Sequence record: OR992645.1
From: Escherichia phage EI-SP-GF
Length of the DNA: 64,000 bases
Strand: one strand, 5' to 3'
The position numbers were made by a program, and so were the translations under genes. The first letter of the stretch is position 1; each line of letters opens with the position of its first letter. This document shows, in pieces, positions 46,479 to 54,944 of the stretch. Below the pieces are notes generated by a model that saw nothing but the letters and a program-made list of their open reading frames with translations, searched no databases and had not been told where the DNA came from.

Positions 46479-46923
46479 TTTCGATAGGTATATTGTGCCA
46501 CCTGTCGGGGCCGCTGTCAACACTTTTCAAAAAAAAAATTCTAACCTGATGCGCTAACCGTTGCAACCTGGCGGGGCCAGCCTGACCAGGTAGGAGAGAG
46601 TGAAAGCTTGCAAACCTGGTAGGCCTATGCTACAGGGCAGGTAACAATTGAAGAGGAGGTACAAAAATGAAAGGTAATTTGATCCCCTGGAAATGTAGCG
46701 ATTAATGACGCTGAGGCTATCGCCCTGGTTGAAAAGGCTATGGCGGGAGCGTTGGAACATAAAGAAGAGTACGAAAAAATGATGGTTAACCTGGTAGGGG
46801 CGGCGGCTGGAGAATTCTGCCCAAAAAATAATTCTAACTAATGGTTGACAGCTCGGATAGTTCTGTTATTCTTATCCTTGCAAGGTGAACAACACCACAC
46901 TAATTAACAGAGAGGATAAAATC

Positions 46924-47121
46924 ATGAACGCCTACGGAATTAAAGTACGTCGCAACACTTGCCAGGCCGTCACCGATCAAATGATTTGCCAGGTGGACGT
47001 AACCATCAACAACGGGCAAGGCCTTTATAAATTCCGTCGCGGTCAGAGCTATACCCGGCAACAGCTTAATCGTTGCGCCCTGACAAAAGGCCAGATCAAC
47101 CACTGGTTTAATAAAAAATAA
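46924..47121 (+). CDS. small early-region protein
   Basis: ATG after AGAGAGGATAAAATC; TTGACA promoter-like box upstream; 65 aa. Confidence 0.45.
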   Translation: MNAYGIKVRRNTCQAVTDQMICQVDVTINNGQGLYKFRRGQSYTRQQLNRCALTKGQINHWFNKK

Positions 47122-47124
47122 GTA

Positions 47125-47153
47125 TTGACATACAGTCCGACACCAAATACACT
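47125..47153 (+). promoter_or_regulatory. sigma70-like promoter
   Basis: TTGACA-17 nt-TACACT. Confidence 0.45.
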
Positions 47154-47185
47154 AAAAGCACAAAAGACACTAAGAGGATAAAATC

Positions 47186-47584
47186 ATGAAAACCACTACC
47201 TTTAATTTTGATAATGCGGACTTTTCTTTTTCTGATGTCAAGAACTGCCGCCGTGATCGTGGATTTTACAAGGCTTATAATCTGGTGGGCCTGGACGATG
47301 ACAATAATTTGCACGAAGTAGCTGAGATCCGGTATTATGCCGCCGCCAGCGGGAACACTCAATACTGCGTTTTTTGGATTCACGACAACAAGAACAATAA
47401 GTACGGTTATACTGGCGGGAAGGCGAGCGGTCACGGTTACGATAAAGCTAATGCAGCACTTGAGAGCGCATTAAATGCTATGGGGATCACTGCCAACGGC
47501 TGGATCTATGAAGAAGAGTTTTTGTCGGCACTTGCTAACCACCTGGGCTATAAAAAGCACATTGTAACATGCGCCCACGAATAA
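47186..47584 (+). CDS. small early-region protein
   Basis: ATG after AAGAGGATAAAATC (same leader as the previous gene); 132 aa. Confidence 0.5.
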   Translation: MKTTTFNFDNADFSFSDVKNCRRDRGFYKAYNLVGLDDDNNLHEVAEIRYYAAASGNTQYCVFWIHDNKNNKYGYTGGKASGHGYDKANAALESALNAMGITANGWIYEEEFLSALANHLGYKKHIVTCAHE

Positions 47585-47591
47585 AAAATTA

Positions 47592-47619
47592 TTGACACGC
47601 TGCAAAATTAAAGTAAACT
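47592..47619 (+). promoter_or_regulatory. sigma70-like promoter
   Basis: TTGACA-16 nt-TAAACT, followed by leader hairpin GGCGGGAA-TGTT-TCCCGCC. Confidence 0.5.
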
Positions 47620-47667
47620 AGGCACAAAAGGCGGGAATGTTTCCCGCCAACACAAAGGAAAAAGATC

Positions 47668-48063
47668 ATGAATAAGAACGTACGCCGCATCATGAACGAA
47701 CTGGCAAACGATGAAAAAATTATTGATATGCATTTGGTCAACATTTGCCGCCGTTGTGTAACATATAACAACCGCGCCGCAAAAGCGCGTGAGATGAACG
47801 CAAAAGGCACCTTAAAGCCCTTTCAGGTGGTTGTAAAATCTATAACTAATGCAGCAGGCCAGGCGCATGACCACAACAACGAGAGCACTAATATTGATCC
47901 GTCTTACGTAATGAAACGGATCCGGACTTGCAAGAATAAAGATCAGGTGTATAACGTCATAGATTGGCTGGACTCCATGGGCGATGTTGTTTATAATAGG
48001 TTTTCTGCAGCTATCGAGATCCAGCTTGACAGACTGGACGGGAAAGTACTGAAAACTTACTAA
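47668..48063 (+). CDS. small early-region protein
   Basis: 131 aa; RBS AAAGGAAAAAG. Confidence 0.5.
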   Translation: MNKNVRRIMNELANDEKIIDMHLVNICRRCVTYNNRAAKAREMNAKGTLKPFQVVVKSITNAAGQAHDHNNESTNIDPSYVMKRIRTCKNKDQVYNVIDWLDSMGDVVYNRFSAAIEIQLDRLDGKVLKTY

Positions 48064-48074
48064 GTTTATTTTTA

Positions 48075-48111
48075 GATGGCCTTGACTCCAGGGCCATCAA
48101 TAAAGTAAACT
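48075..48111 (+). promoter_or_regulatory. palindrome-embedded promoter element, copy 1
   Basis: GATGGCC-TTGACTCCAG-GGCCATC hairpin with TTGACT as -35 and TAAACT 18 nt downstream. Confidence 0.5.
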
Positions 48112-48142
48112 AATCCCAGTTAAGCTAAAAGGGGGCTTAAAG

Positions 48143-48262
48143 ATGAGCACTACACGCCAGCACACAAAGGTAACTATTATCGTTTGCATCATTGGTTATA
48201 TCCTGGCGCAAATGTTGATGGGTAGCGCCAACAGTGTCGCAAAATTTTTCTTAAACTTTTAA
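48143..48262 (+). CDS. small hydrophobic peptide (39 aa)
   Basis: Hand-translated: MSTTRQHTKVTIIVCIIGYILAQMLMGSANSVAKFFLNF; RBS AGGGGG; directly after promoter element copy 1; under the track threshold. Confidence 0.3.
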   Translation: MSTTRQHTKVTIIVCIIGYILAQMLMGSANSVAKFFLNF

Positions 48263-48290
48263 TTGACAAGCTAACTTAGATCAGTATACT
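48263..48290 (+). promoter_or_regulatory. sigma70-like promoter
   Basis: TTGACA-16 nt-TATACT; leader hairpin GGGAAAACTTCCC downstream. Confidence 0.55.
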
Positions 48291-48340
48291 AAACACATCA
48301 ACGGGAAAACTTCCCAGAACACACAAAAGGAGAAAACACC

Positions 48341-48682
48341 ATGACTACTATGACCGCCGCAGAAAAAGCTATTCAGATCGCTGCCCTGAAAAAACAGATC
48401 GCAGACCTTGAGAATAAGATCGATAACTTTGAAATCGACGAGGACAAGTACGACGAAAACTATGATGAATGGTTAGACGAGATCTACGGCGAAATTATGA
48501 TCGGAAACATTTCTTTTCTTCCGTCGCGTATCCTCAAGGAGCTAGATCCTATCGCTTACCGCTGCGGATTTAGCGACTACATCGACAGCCTGGATATTGA
48601 GGACGATGAAGAATACCAGGAATTACAGACAGAGTTGGAAGAAGCAAAAGAAGAGCTTGCGGAGCTGGAAGAAAACGAGTAA
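48341..48682 (+). CDS. highly acidic coiled-coil protein
   Basis: 113 aa, strongly D/E-rich (DEDKYDENYDEWLDE, ELEEAKEELAELEENE); RBS AAGGAGA. Confidence 0.5.
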   Translation: MTTMTAAEKAIQIAALKKQIADLENKIDNFEIDEDKYDENYDEWLDEIYGEIMIGNISFLPSRILKELDPIAYRCGFSDYIDSLDIEDDEEYQELQTELEEAKEELAELEENE

Positions 48683-48693
48683 GATTATTTTTA

Positions 48694-48730
48694 GATGGCC
48701 TTGACTCCAGGGCCATCAATAAAGTAAACT
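48694..48730 (+). promoter_or_regulatory. palindrome-embedded promoter element, copy 2
   Basis: Identical to copy 1 (GATGGCCTTGACTCCAGGGCCATCAATAAAGTAAACT). Confidence 0.5.
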
Positions 48731-48771
48731 TTATACTGTTAACACTGAACTAATGCATAGGAGTTAAAACC

Positions 48772-49017
48772 ATGGCAGCACTAATCACTAAATATTACGC
48801 CCCTACCAACACCAAAAGCGCCCGTATCATGGTAAAAGGCTTCGGACGTAAAAAGGTTTACACCTGGGATTATTCCCTAGACATGGAAGACAACTACACC
48901 AACGCGATGACTGATTTTATTAATGAACTAAATAAGCAGATCTTAACCAATTATAAGGTGACCGACATCGCCTATGTTGGGGAAGGTGGGATCTGTTTTG
49001 TCGGTATTGTCAAATAA
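48772..49017 (+). CDS. small early-region protein
   Basis: 81 aa; RBS TAGGAG. Confidence 0.45.
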   Translation: MAALITKYYAPTNTKSARIMVKGFGRKKVYTWDYSLDMEDNYTNAMTDFINELNKQILTNYKVTDIAYVGEGGICFVGIVK

Positions 49018-49092
49018 ACTGTTTTTTCGGTGGCCCTGGTGGCAGGGCCATCTATAAAGATAGTTTATTAACACCATGAAAGGAGAAAGTAC

Positions 49093-49446
49093 ATGATCAG
49101 CGGGGCTAGTTTTATTATTGGCGCTATTGCTACAGCTTTAATTGTAAACAAGATCCAGGATAAAAAGGAAAGAGGAAGTACCGCCCTTGCAGAATATCCA
49201 TTTTGGACATTCAACGATAACGAAGATTATATTATAAAGTATAAAAATAAAGAAGGTTACCAAGTAACACCGCGACCGATCCCGGCTTACAAGATGCAGG
49301 AAACACTATACCGCTTGGAGGCAGGGGGCGCAAAAATTGTGGACTTTTGGGGATACGATCACACAGATCAGGAAGTTATAAAGCGCCGTATCCGGGCTAT
49401 TCAGGCCAATATTGAAGTTAGCAAGGGGGGAATATATGAAGATTAA
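49093..49446 (+). CDS. small membrane-anchored protein
   Basis: 117 aa with hydrophobic N-terminus ISGASFIIGAIATALIV; RBS AAAGGAGAAAG. Confidence 0.45.
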   Translation: MISGASFIIGAIATALIVNKIQDKKERGSTALAEYPFWTFNDNEDYIIKYKNKEGYQVTPRPIPAYKMQETLYRLEAGGAKIVDFWGYDHTDQEVIKRRIRAIQANIEVSKGGIYED

Positions 49447-49633
49447 TTTTGAGAAAATTGTAAAGCGATCTCATGATTCCGAAGAGCTGCCGGAACGCCG
49501 CCAGCGTAACAATAAACTGAATAAGCCAAAAAGATTTGGGAAGATCTGGCGGAATCATTATGATCGTAAATTGCCGGGCCTCCTTTTGGAACGTGAACGG
49601 CAGGCGGAACGATACCGCCACAAAGGCAACTAA
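49436..49633 (+). CDS. small basic protein
   Basis: Start at ATG (MKINFEK) after AAGGGGGG; Arg/Lys-rich; canonical terminator downstream. Confidence 0.4.
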   Translation: MKINFEKIVKRSHDSEELPERRQRNNKLNKPKRFGKIWRNHYDRKLPGLLLERERQAERYRHKGN

Positions 49634-49641
49634 CAACCAAC

Positions 49642-49670
49642 GCCCCGCCATCGTGCGGGGCTTTTTATTT
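49642..49670 (+). terminator. Rho-independent terminator
   Basis: GCCCCGC-CATCGT-GCGGGGC followed by TTTTTATTT. Confidence 0.6.
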
Positions 49671-49791
49671 CTACCCTACAAATAGCGCCCCTGGTTGGCC
49701 CCACAACGCCCTAAAAGCCCCCTACCCATGCAATCCCCTTTCTTAACCTGAAAACATCGTCAAAGGCTGTTTTAAAGCGTTAAAAATATTG

Positions 49792-49819
49792 TTGACATCT
49801 AAAATATTCTAGATATACT
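49792..49819 (+). promoter_or_regulatory. sigma70-like promoter
   Basis: TTGACA-16 nt-TATACT. Confidence 0.55.
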
Positions 49820-49854
49820 AATCACATCAAAGCGAGAAGTAAGGAGTAAACGCC

Positions 49855-50115
49855 ATGCGTAAATTGAAAAATTTTGATAAAGTCGATGTTGTCCTAAATA
49901 ATTTTTACTACTGCAATAACAAGGCCGTTTGGTGGCGTGATAGTTCCACCGATAAAGTCAAGGCGCGCTTTCTCCAGGGGCACTGGCAAGGCCGCCCAGT
50001 GATTAAAATCATGGGGCAATTGGTAGCGTTTAAAAATTGCCGCCGTGTTGATGACGTTGAAGAGATTTTAAACATTTTGCGCCACAATAATTTAAAAAAT
50101 AGTGTTGACAAGTAA
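49855..50115 (+). CDS. small early-region protein
   Basis: 86 aa; RBS TAAGGAG. Confidence 0.45.
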   Translation: MRKLKNFDKVDVVLNNFYYCNNKAVWWRDSSTDKVKARFLQGHWQGRPVIKIMGQLVAFKNCRRVDDVEEILNILRHNNLKNSVDK

Positions 50116-50132
50116 ATCTCAATAAGTATACT
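50105..50132 (+). promoter_or_regulatory. sigma70-like promoter
   Basis: TTGACA-16 nt-TATACT overlapping the end of the upstream gene; leader hairpin GGCGGGAAAACTTCCCGCC. Confidence 0.55.
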
Positions 50133-50189
50133 TAAACACACAGGCGGGAAAACTTCCCGCCACCAACAAAGAAAATAGGAGAAAATATC

Positions 50190-50813
50190 ATGACTACCGT
50201 TAACATTACCACAGGTTACAATTTAGCTTTCGACGTGCTGACCGACGAACAAAAAGAAAAAGCCGTGGAAATGGTCCGCGAAAGAGAAGAACACAGCGGG
50301 GATAACTTTTTTGCAGAAAGTGTAATTGAGTACTATAAAGAATATGTTTTTCCAGAGTACGGCCTTGAAGATACCGATGTACATTGGTCAGGCTTTTGGT
50401 GCCAGGGTGACGGCGCGTCAATCAGTGCGGAAAACGTGGATTTAGAAAAATTCTTGCGTAAAGTCAAGTCTCTGACTAAATTCCGCTCAATTCGTCACTT
50501 GTTCGGCACAATGCACGATGGCGAGTTATCCGCAAGTGTTGAGCGTGATCCATATAGCCGCTATAGTCACGAAAACACTGTAAACGGGTACATCGATACT
50601 ACATGGCTAGACCTGACCACCAAGCAAGAAAACAAAGTGGAAGATCTGGAAGAGCTGATCACCGAGACGGTACGGGAGTTATCCCGCAAGGTTTACGTAG
50701 ACCTGGAGGAGGCCTATCTAGAACAGTTCACTACCGAAAACCTGATCGGCCTTATTGAGGCCAATGATTGGCGGTTTGATGTCGATGAACACGGTGAGAT
50801 GACTTTTTCATAA
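50190..50813 (+). CDS. acidic early-region protein (207 aa)
   Basis: RBS ATAGGAGAAAA; D/E-rich throughout. Confidence 0.5.
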   Translation: MTTVNITTGYNLAFDVLTDEQKEKAVEMVREREEHSGDNFFAESVIEYYKEYVFPEYGLEDTDVHWSGFWCQGDGASISAENVDLEKFLRKVKSLTKFRSIRHLFGTMHDGELSASVERDPYSRYSHENTVNGYIDTTWLDLTTKQENKVEDLEELITETVRELSRKVYVDLEEAYLEQFTTENLIGLIEANDWRFDVDEHGEMTFS

Positions 50814-50821
50814 ATAAAGTG

Positions 50822-50849
50822 TTGCAATAACCTAAAAACCTGCTATATT
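50822..50849 (+). promoter_or_regulatory. sigma70-like promoter
   Basis: TTGCAA-16 nt-TATATT; leader hairpin GGGGCAAGACGTTTGCCCC. Confidence 0.45.
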
Positions 50850-50902
50850 AAAACTCAAGGGGCAAGACGTTTGCCCCCACACAAAACAAAGAGGTAAACA
50901 TT

Positions 50903-51283
50903 ATGAAAAACACTACTAAAGCTATTGACACCGTTATGTTTAACCTGGTTACCTTTCGCGAGGATATGAAAGATCTTCCACGTGAAACAGTGTGCGATCA
51001 CATTGAAAACTATCGCAAACTAATCAAAGAGTTGCCTTTAAAACGTGATCAGTATGCGGCTAACGCCATGCTTAATGCCATGATCAAAAAGATGATCCAG
51101 TGTGATTTAACTTTGGCCTATGACTATGCTGGTGGTCGTTTTGCAGTATACAATCAGCCCGTGCCCGGTATGGGCACCACCGAAGAATTGCACGCGCTCA
51201 ATCTAAAACAAGACGTGTGGGATAGTATGCCCCGCGTGGTGGTGTGGGCAGAAAGCGGAAAGATTTACGGCGATAATTTTTAA
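50903..51283 (+). CDS. small early-region protein
   Basis: 126 aa; RBS AAAGAGGTAAAC. Confidence 0.5.
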   Translation: MKNTTKAIDTVMFNLVTFREDMKDLPRETVCDHIENYRKLIKELPLKRDQYAANAMLNAMIKKMIQCDLTLAYDYAGGRFAVYNQPVPGMGTTEELHALNLKQDVWDSMPRVVVWAESGKIYGDNF

Positions 51284-51293
51284 TCAGGTAACA

Positions 51294-51319
51294 GGCGGCA
51301 TATTTGCCGCCTTATTGTT
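51294..51319 (+). terminator. Rho-independent terminator
   Basis: GGCGGCA-TATT-TGCCGCC followed by TTATTGTT. Confidence 0.5.
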
Positions 51320-51347
51320 AAACAGAACTGCAAAAGAGGTACATAGA

Positions 51348-51719
51348 ATGGAATTTATTATTTTGGCTGTATTGGTTGCCTTGTTTAACGCCTGGATCGC
51401 TGGCAAGATGGGCAGATCCGCCTTTTTATGGTTTATTATATCTATTTTCCTGGGGGTGGTTGCAACTATTGTATTGGTTATCCTTGCAATTGTTGACAAG
51501 GGGAATAATAGAAAGGGTAAAGTATTTTCAGACCTGTACGACGCTCAAACGTTTGTCAACGCCTATTATAGTGATCTTCCAGTCTCCCTACGCTGCAGCC
51601 TGGCACAACAGGTTTTTGATGAGGCTAAAACCAGAGATCAAGCCCATGAGATATGTTTAACTGAGGCGGATCGCCTATTTGAGAGGAATAGAAAATATGT
51701 GGGCCAACCGTTTAAATAA
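51348..51719 (+). CDS. small membrane protein
   Basis: Start at ATG (MEFIILAV) after AAAGAGG; two hydrophobic segments. Confidence 0.45.
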   Translation: MEFIILAVLVALFNAWIAGKMGRSAFLWFIISIFLGVVATIVLVILAIVDKGNNRKGKVFSDLYDAQTFVNAYYSDLPVSLRCSLAQQVFDEAKTRDQAHEICLTEADRLFERNRKYVGQPFK

Positions 51720-51942
51720 TGCCACGTTAATTAATTCCTTTAGTGAAGATTTGAAGCCAGCCGCCTGGCGTGACGGATTCAATAACGAACGCTTTATTTT
51801 CAGGCCTGATCTTGAGGAATTTTATAACAATGGATCGAACAACAGCGGAGATAATTTTTCTTGTGGTGTGTGTCGTGATAGGACTCCTGGGGGCCATTGT
51901 AGATCGCGTCACTACTACCGGGAGGAAAGGGGGAGACGATGA
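51697..51942 (+). CDS. small early-region protein
   Basis: Start at ATG (MWANRL) after GAGAGGAA; overlaps the upstream gene by about 23 nt. Confidence 0.35.
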   Translation: MWANRLNNATLINSFSEDLKPAAWRDGFNNERFIFRPDLEEFYNNGSNNSGDNFSCGVCRDRTPGGHCRSRHYYREERGRR

Positions 51943-52062
51943 CAACCAAGGATAAGCCATGCACCGATAAGGTGCGCCGCGTTATGGTATGGCTTGAGAT
52001 TATCGCCCTTGAAATATTGCTAGGCGTAGGGATGTACTTTATCGCTGTAAGTAACTAGGAAC

Positions 52063-52091
52063 GGCCCCCGATCATGGGGGCCTATCTTTTT
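52063..52091 (+). terminator. Rho-independent terminator
   Basis: GGCCCCC-GATCAT-GGGGGCC followed by TATCTTTTT. Confidence 0.55.
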
Positions 52092-52197
52092 AAAAAATTT
52101 TTCTTCCGTGGTGTTGCAATCCGGTCCGGAATGTGGATAATAACAATCAACGGGGAGCTAATCCTCACCACCACAAAAACCAGAAAGGAGAAACAAA

Positions 52198-52398
52198 ATG
52201 AGCAACAATATCCGCGTTATTAACTTCAAAAAAGAAGAAAAAATTGCCGTGCTGATTGACGGTCAAGAAATCTTCAAGGGCGACTATGAAGATCATCAAA
52301 CGGCGATTAGTATCACTCGCGTGATTGGTTACCATAATTTTTACCCCCAAGGAGCTGAGGCAGCGGTTAAACGAATCAAAGAGATTGTAGGCCTGTAA
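52198..52398 (+). CDS. small early-region protein
   Basis: 66 aa; RBS AAAGGAGAAAC. Confidence 0.45.
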   Translation: MSNNIRVINFKKEEKIAVLIDGQEIFKGDYEDHQTAISITRVIGYHNFYPQGAEAAVKRIKEIVGL

Positions 52399-52410
52399 AA
52401 TTTATTTTTA

Positions 52411-52447
52411 GATGGCCTTGACTCCAGGGCCATCAATAAAGTAAATT
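52411..52447 (+). promoter_or_regulatory. palindrome-embedded promoter element, copy 3
   Basis: GATGGCCTTGACTCCAGGGCCATCAATAAAGTAAATT; same element as at 48075 and 48694. Confidence 0.5.
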
Positions 52448-52491
52448 TAAACCCTGTTAAAATACCACGCAGTTAACAAGGAGTGATAGAC

Positions 52492-52791
52492 ATGTTTATC
52501 CAGGCTAATAATCTTTATTTCTTTGATGGTCAGATCGTAGATGGTGTGGAAGTGGAGATCACTGGGTGCCCTGGCGGTCAGGCTATGACTTTTCGGAATA
52601 ATGCCTTTGATGATTCTCATATCGTTATGAGAATGGAAGTTACGAAGCTGGATGACAAGAAAACACTCATTGACTATTCTGTGAAAGATCATCCAGACTA
52701 CCACATGATCTATGGTGATTTGTGCATTGTTGACCGTGACAAGGTGAGCGGCATTGTGATCGCTATTGTGAACGATGTTTTCTCAAACTAA
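52492..52791 (+). CDS. small early-region protein
   Basis: Start at ATG (MFIQANN) after AAGGAG. Confidence 0.45.
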   Translation: MFIQANNLYFFDGQIVDGVEVEITGCPGGQAMTFRNNAFDDSHIVMRMEVTKLDDKKTLIDYSVKDHPDYHMIYGDLCIVDRDKVSGIVIAIVNDVFSN

Positions 52792-52808
52792 TTTCAACAG
52801 GTGATTTT

Positions 52809-53159
52809 ATGAAAGTTAAATTATATTACCTTAATGAGCTTAACCCCCTTGCCCAGGTCCGCGCCCTAGCTAATACCTTGATTTGTGAGAAATCTGTATA
52901 TTGTGTTGAGCTTAACGCCATGCGTGAACGTCTCAAAGGTGGTTACTTTAACATCCATGCTGCAATCAACGGCCTGAATATGGAATTTATCCGTTTACGT
53001 AACAGCCGCCGGAATCTGGCAAGAATGGAACAAGATCCGGCCCACCTTCGTAAGCTGGTTATTGAAAATCATCTGATGTTTAATGCCGAGGGTGATTATT
53101 ACCATTTTCACCGCAAACGCTGGTACCGTGGCGGCAATACAGGCAAGAATGCAAAATAA
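52809..53159 (+). CDS. small early-region protein
   Basis: 116 aa; basic C-terminus. Confidence 0.45.
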   Translation: MKVKLYYLNELNPLAQVRALANTLICEKSVYCVELNAMRERLKGGYFNIHAAINGLNMEFIRLRNSRRNLARMEQDPAHLRKLVIENHLMFNAEGDYYHFHRKRWYRGGNTGKNAK

Positions 53160-53197
53160 GGCCCCAGGCAGGGCCTACAGCGACCTAAACACTAGCA

Positions 53198-53228
53198 GGC
53201 TATGCAATCGCATAGCCTTTATTGTTTT
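53198..53228 (+). terminator. Rho-independent terminator
   Basis: GGCTATGC-AATC-GCATAGCC followed by TTTATTGTTTT. Confidence 0.55.
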
Positions 53229-53275
53229 GACGTTACAACGGCCCTAAGGCGCTTAAAAAATTTTTAAAGAAGTAC

Positions 53276-53304
53276 TTGCATCATTCCCGACAATATGGAT
53301 AATA
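53276..53304 (+). promoter_or_regulatory. sigma70-like promoter
   Basis: TTGCAT-17 nt-(G)ATAATA. Confidence 0.45.
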
Positions 53305-53361
53305 AGAGTTGTCGAGGGGGGAGGCCCCCAATCATTGACCAGATAGATAGGAGTTAAAATC

Positions 53362-53646
53362 ATGGCTATTGTTACCGCTGGCGATGTAGTAGAAATGGAA
53401 GCAAAATACTTAAAAGCGGGTATGCATATCCTACGGAATGATCAAGAGTTATTATTAACGATGGTTGACTATAATCCCGGCCAGGATTATCCAAGCATCG
53501 ACTACTTTTTTGAGTATGTTAATGAAGAGTTGAAAGAGGATGAGGCCTACTGCGGTGAGTTCTGCAACTTCTTTTGTCCTGATGAGGTTGTAAAGGTTAT
53601 TTATCAACCTGGCGTAGCTTTCCCGCTGCACGCTATCAATAAATAA
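53362..53646 (+). CDS. small early-region protein
   Basis: 94 aa; RBS TAGGAG; N-terminus MAIV.. like the 54020 product. Confidence 0.45.
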   Translation: MAIVTAGDVVEMEAKYLKAGMHILRNDQELLLTMVDYNPGQDYPSIDYFFEYVNEELKEDEAYCGEFCNFFCPDEVVKVIYQPGVAFPLHAINK

Positions 53647-53710
53647 ACCTGGCGGGGCCGAAAAGGCCCCTACAGCATAAAATTATGAAAATAAAGAGAG
53701 GTAAATCATC

Positions 53711-53944
53711 ATGATGGAACAAATTAAACGCACCGAGGCTATTAATGGCAATGTGATCTATTTTGTTAGCAATAACGAGAAAGGCGTACCATATGCAGCG
53801 GTAATAGTACAGCCTGACGGTGATTATTGGTTTACTGTATACGGATCTTATTCTTTCGGGCGTCCGGTGCATGATAGAATTTTGAAAGTAGCGAACCCTA
53901 CCGGGAAGAATATCACAGCAGAAAAATTTTTTGAAAATAGTTGA
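53711..53944 (+). CDS. small early-region protein
   Basis: 77 aa; RBS AGAGAGG. Confidence 0.45.
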   Translation: MMEQIKRTEAINGNVIYFVSNNEKGVPYAAVIVQPDGDYWFTVYGSYSFGRPVHDRILKVANPTGKNITAEKFFENS

Positions 53945-53968
53945 CATGACCATATAAAACTGTAATAT
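53941..53968 (+). promoter_or_regulatory. sigma70-like promoter
   Basis: TTGACA-16 nt-TAATAT overlapping the upstream stop. Confidence 0.5.
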
Positions 53969-54019
53969 ATAAATCAAAGGGAGCAACAAGCCCCACCAAC
54001 CACAAAGAGGATAAAAATC

Positions 54020-54199
54020 ATGGCTATTATTGCAAAGACCGAGATCGTAGGCTTAGATTCTATTCTCCTCGCATATGAGGAAGCTATAGAAATGTATGTG
54101 GTTTCCTATGGTGAGTATATCCGTGAATATGAATCTATTGATCTAGCTTTTGAATGTTATATTCGCCAGGTTAATAAAGCGTACGATGATTATCGTTAA
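54020..54199 (+). CDS. small early-region protein (59 aa, absent from ORF track)
   Basis: Hand-translated MAIIAKTEIVGLDSILLAYEEAIEMYVVSYGEYIREYESIDLAFECYIRQVNKAYDDYR; RBS AAAGAGGATAAAAATC identical in style to other leaders. Confidence 0.4.
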   Translation: MAIIAKTEIVGLDSILLAYEEAIEMYVVSYGEYIREYESIDLAFECYIRQVNKAYDDYR

Positions 54200-54291
54200 A
54201 ATAGTTTGACAACAAACAACCATCTAACAAAGCATAATACATAAGGTGGTAGAATGATCCGCCACCCCGGAACAAAGAAGAGGTAAACACC

Positions 54292-54537
54292 ATGAAAAGC
54301 AATAAAGGTTATAACGGTTACAAAAACAAAACTCATTGGAATGTAAGCCTTTGGATTAATAACGATGAGTCATTGTACCGGTTGGCCCAAGGCTTTATTA
54401 ACGCTAATGCTAATCGTAATGATGCGGCGCGGGATATGATGCTTTTTCTGGAGCTAACCGGACAAGATAAGACCCCGGACGGCTTCAAGTACAGCACTAC
54501 GGCGATCCGTGCCGCGATGGTTGGAATGAAACACTAA
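54292..54537 (+). CDS. small early-region protein
   Basis: 81 aa; RBS AGAAGAGGTAAAC. Confidence 0.45.
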   Translation: MKSNKGYNGYKNKTHWNVSLWINNDESLYRLAQGFINANANRNDAARDMMLFLELTGQDKTPDGFKYSTTAIRAAMVGMKH

Positions 54538-54614
54538 AAGCACATAGCCGCCTTACCCTGGGGCTGTGGTAGCGGCCCCATGAATAAGGTTACTAACAGA
54601 AGAGAATAAACACC

Positions 54615-54719
54615 ATGAAACAGAAATTAATCGATGCAGTGATCTTGATTATTGCCCTGGGTATTGGCCTGATTGCAACCATGTCTAATATGATCTTGTC
54701 TTCCAACGGTATCGGGTGA
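54615..54719 (+). CDS. small hydrophobic peptide (34 aa)
   Basis: Hand-translated MKQKLIDAVILIIALGIGLIATMSNMILSSNGIG; RBS AGAGAATAAAC; under the track threshold. Confidence 0.3.
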   Translation: MKQKLIDAVILIIALGIGLIATMSNMILSSNGIG

Positions 54720-54728
54720 GGTTGGCAA

Positions 54729-54944
54729 ATGATCACTAACAAAACTGGCAAAACAGAATTTTTACGCAACTTACAGATCGGCAAGCCTGAGATCTGGTAC
54801 TGCACTAAAACACCGCGTGACGAAATGAAAGACTTCACCGCCACGCTGCAACGGGTAAAGATATCTATCACGCAGAAAAAGGCCTTACTAGTGGTGGAAG
54901 GGGAAATCCCCCAAACCGTTGTTATAGTTGAGCGTACAGCATAG
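54729..54944 (+). CDS. small early-region protein
   Basis: 71-aa ORF. Confidence 0.4.
   Translation: MITNKTGKTEFLRNLQIGKPEIWYCTKTPRDEMKDFTATLQRVKISITQKKALLVVEGEIPQTVVIVERTA

Noticed and set aside
46270-46557. ORF 46270-46557 (95 aa) overlapping the paired GC-rich elements
   Set aside because: The frame is created by the duplicated GC-rich repeats (repeated PVxxP-like peptide); no RBS; interpreted as structured non-coding DNA/RNA instead.
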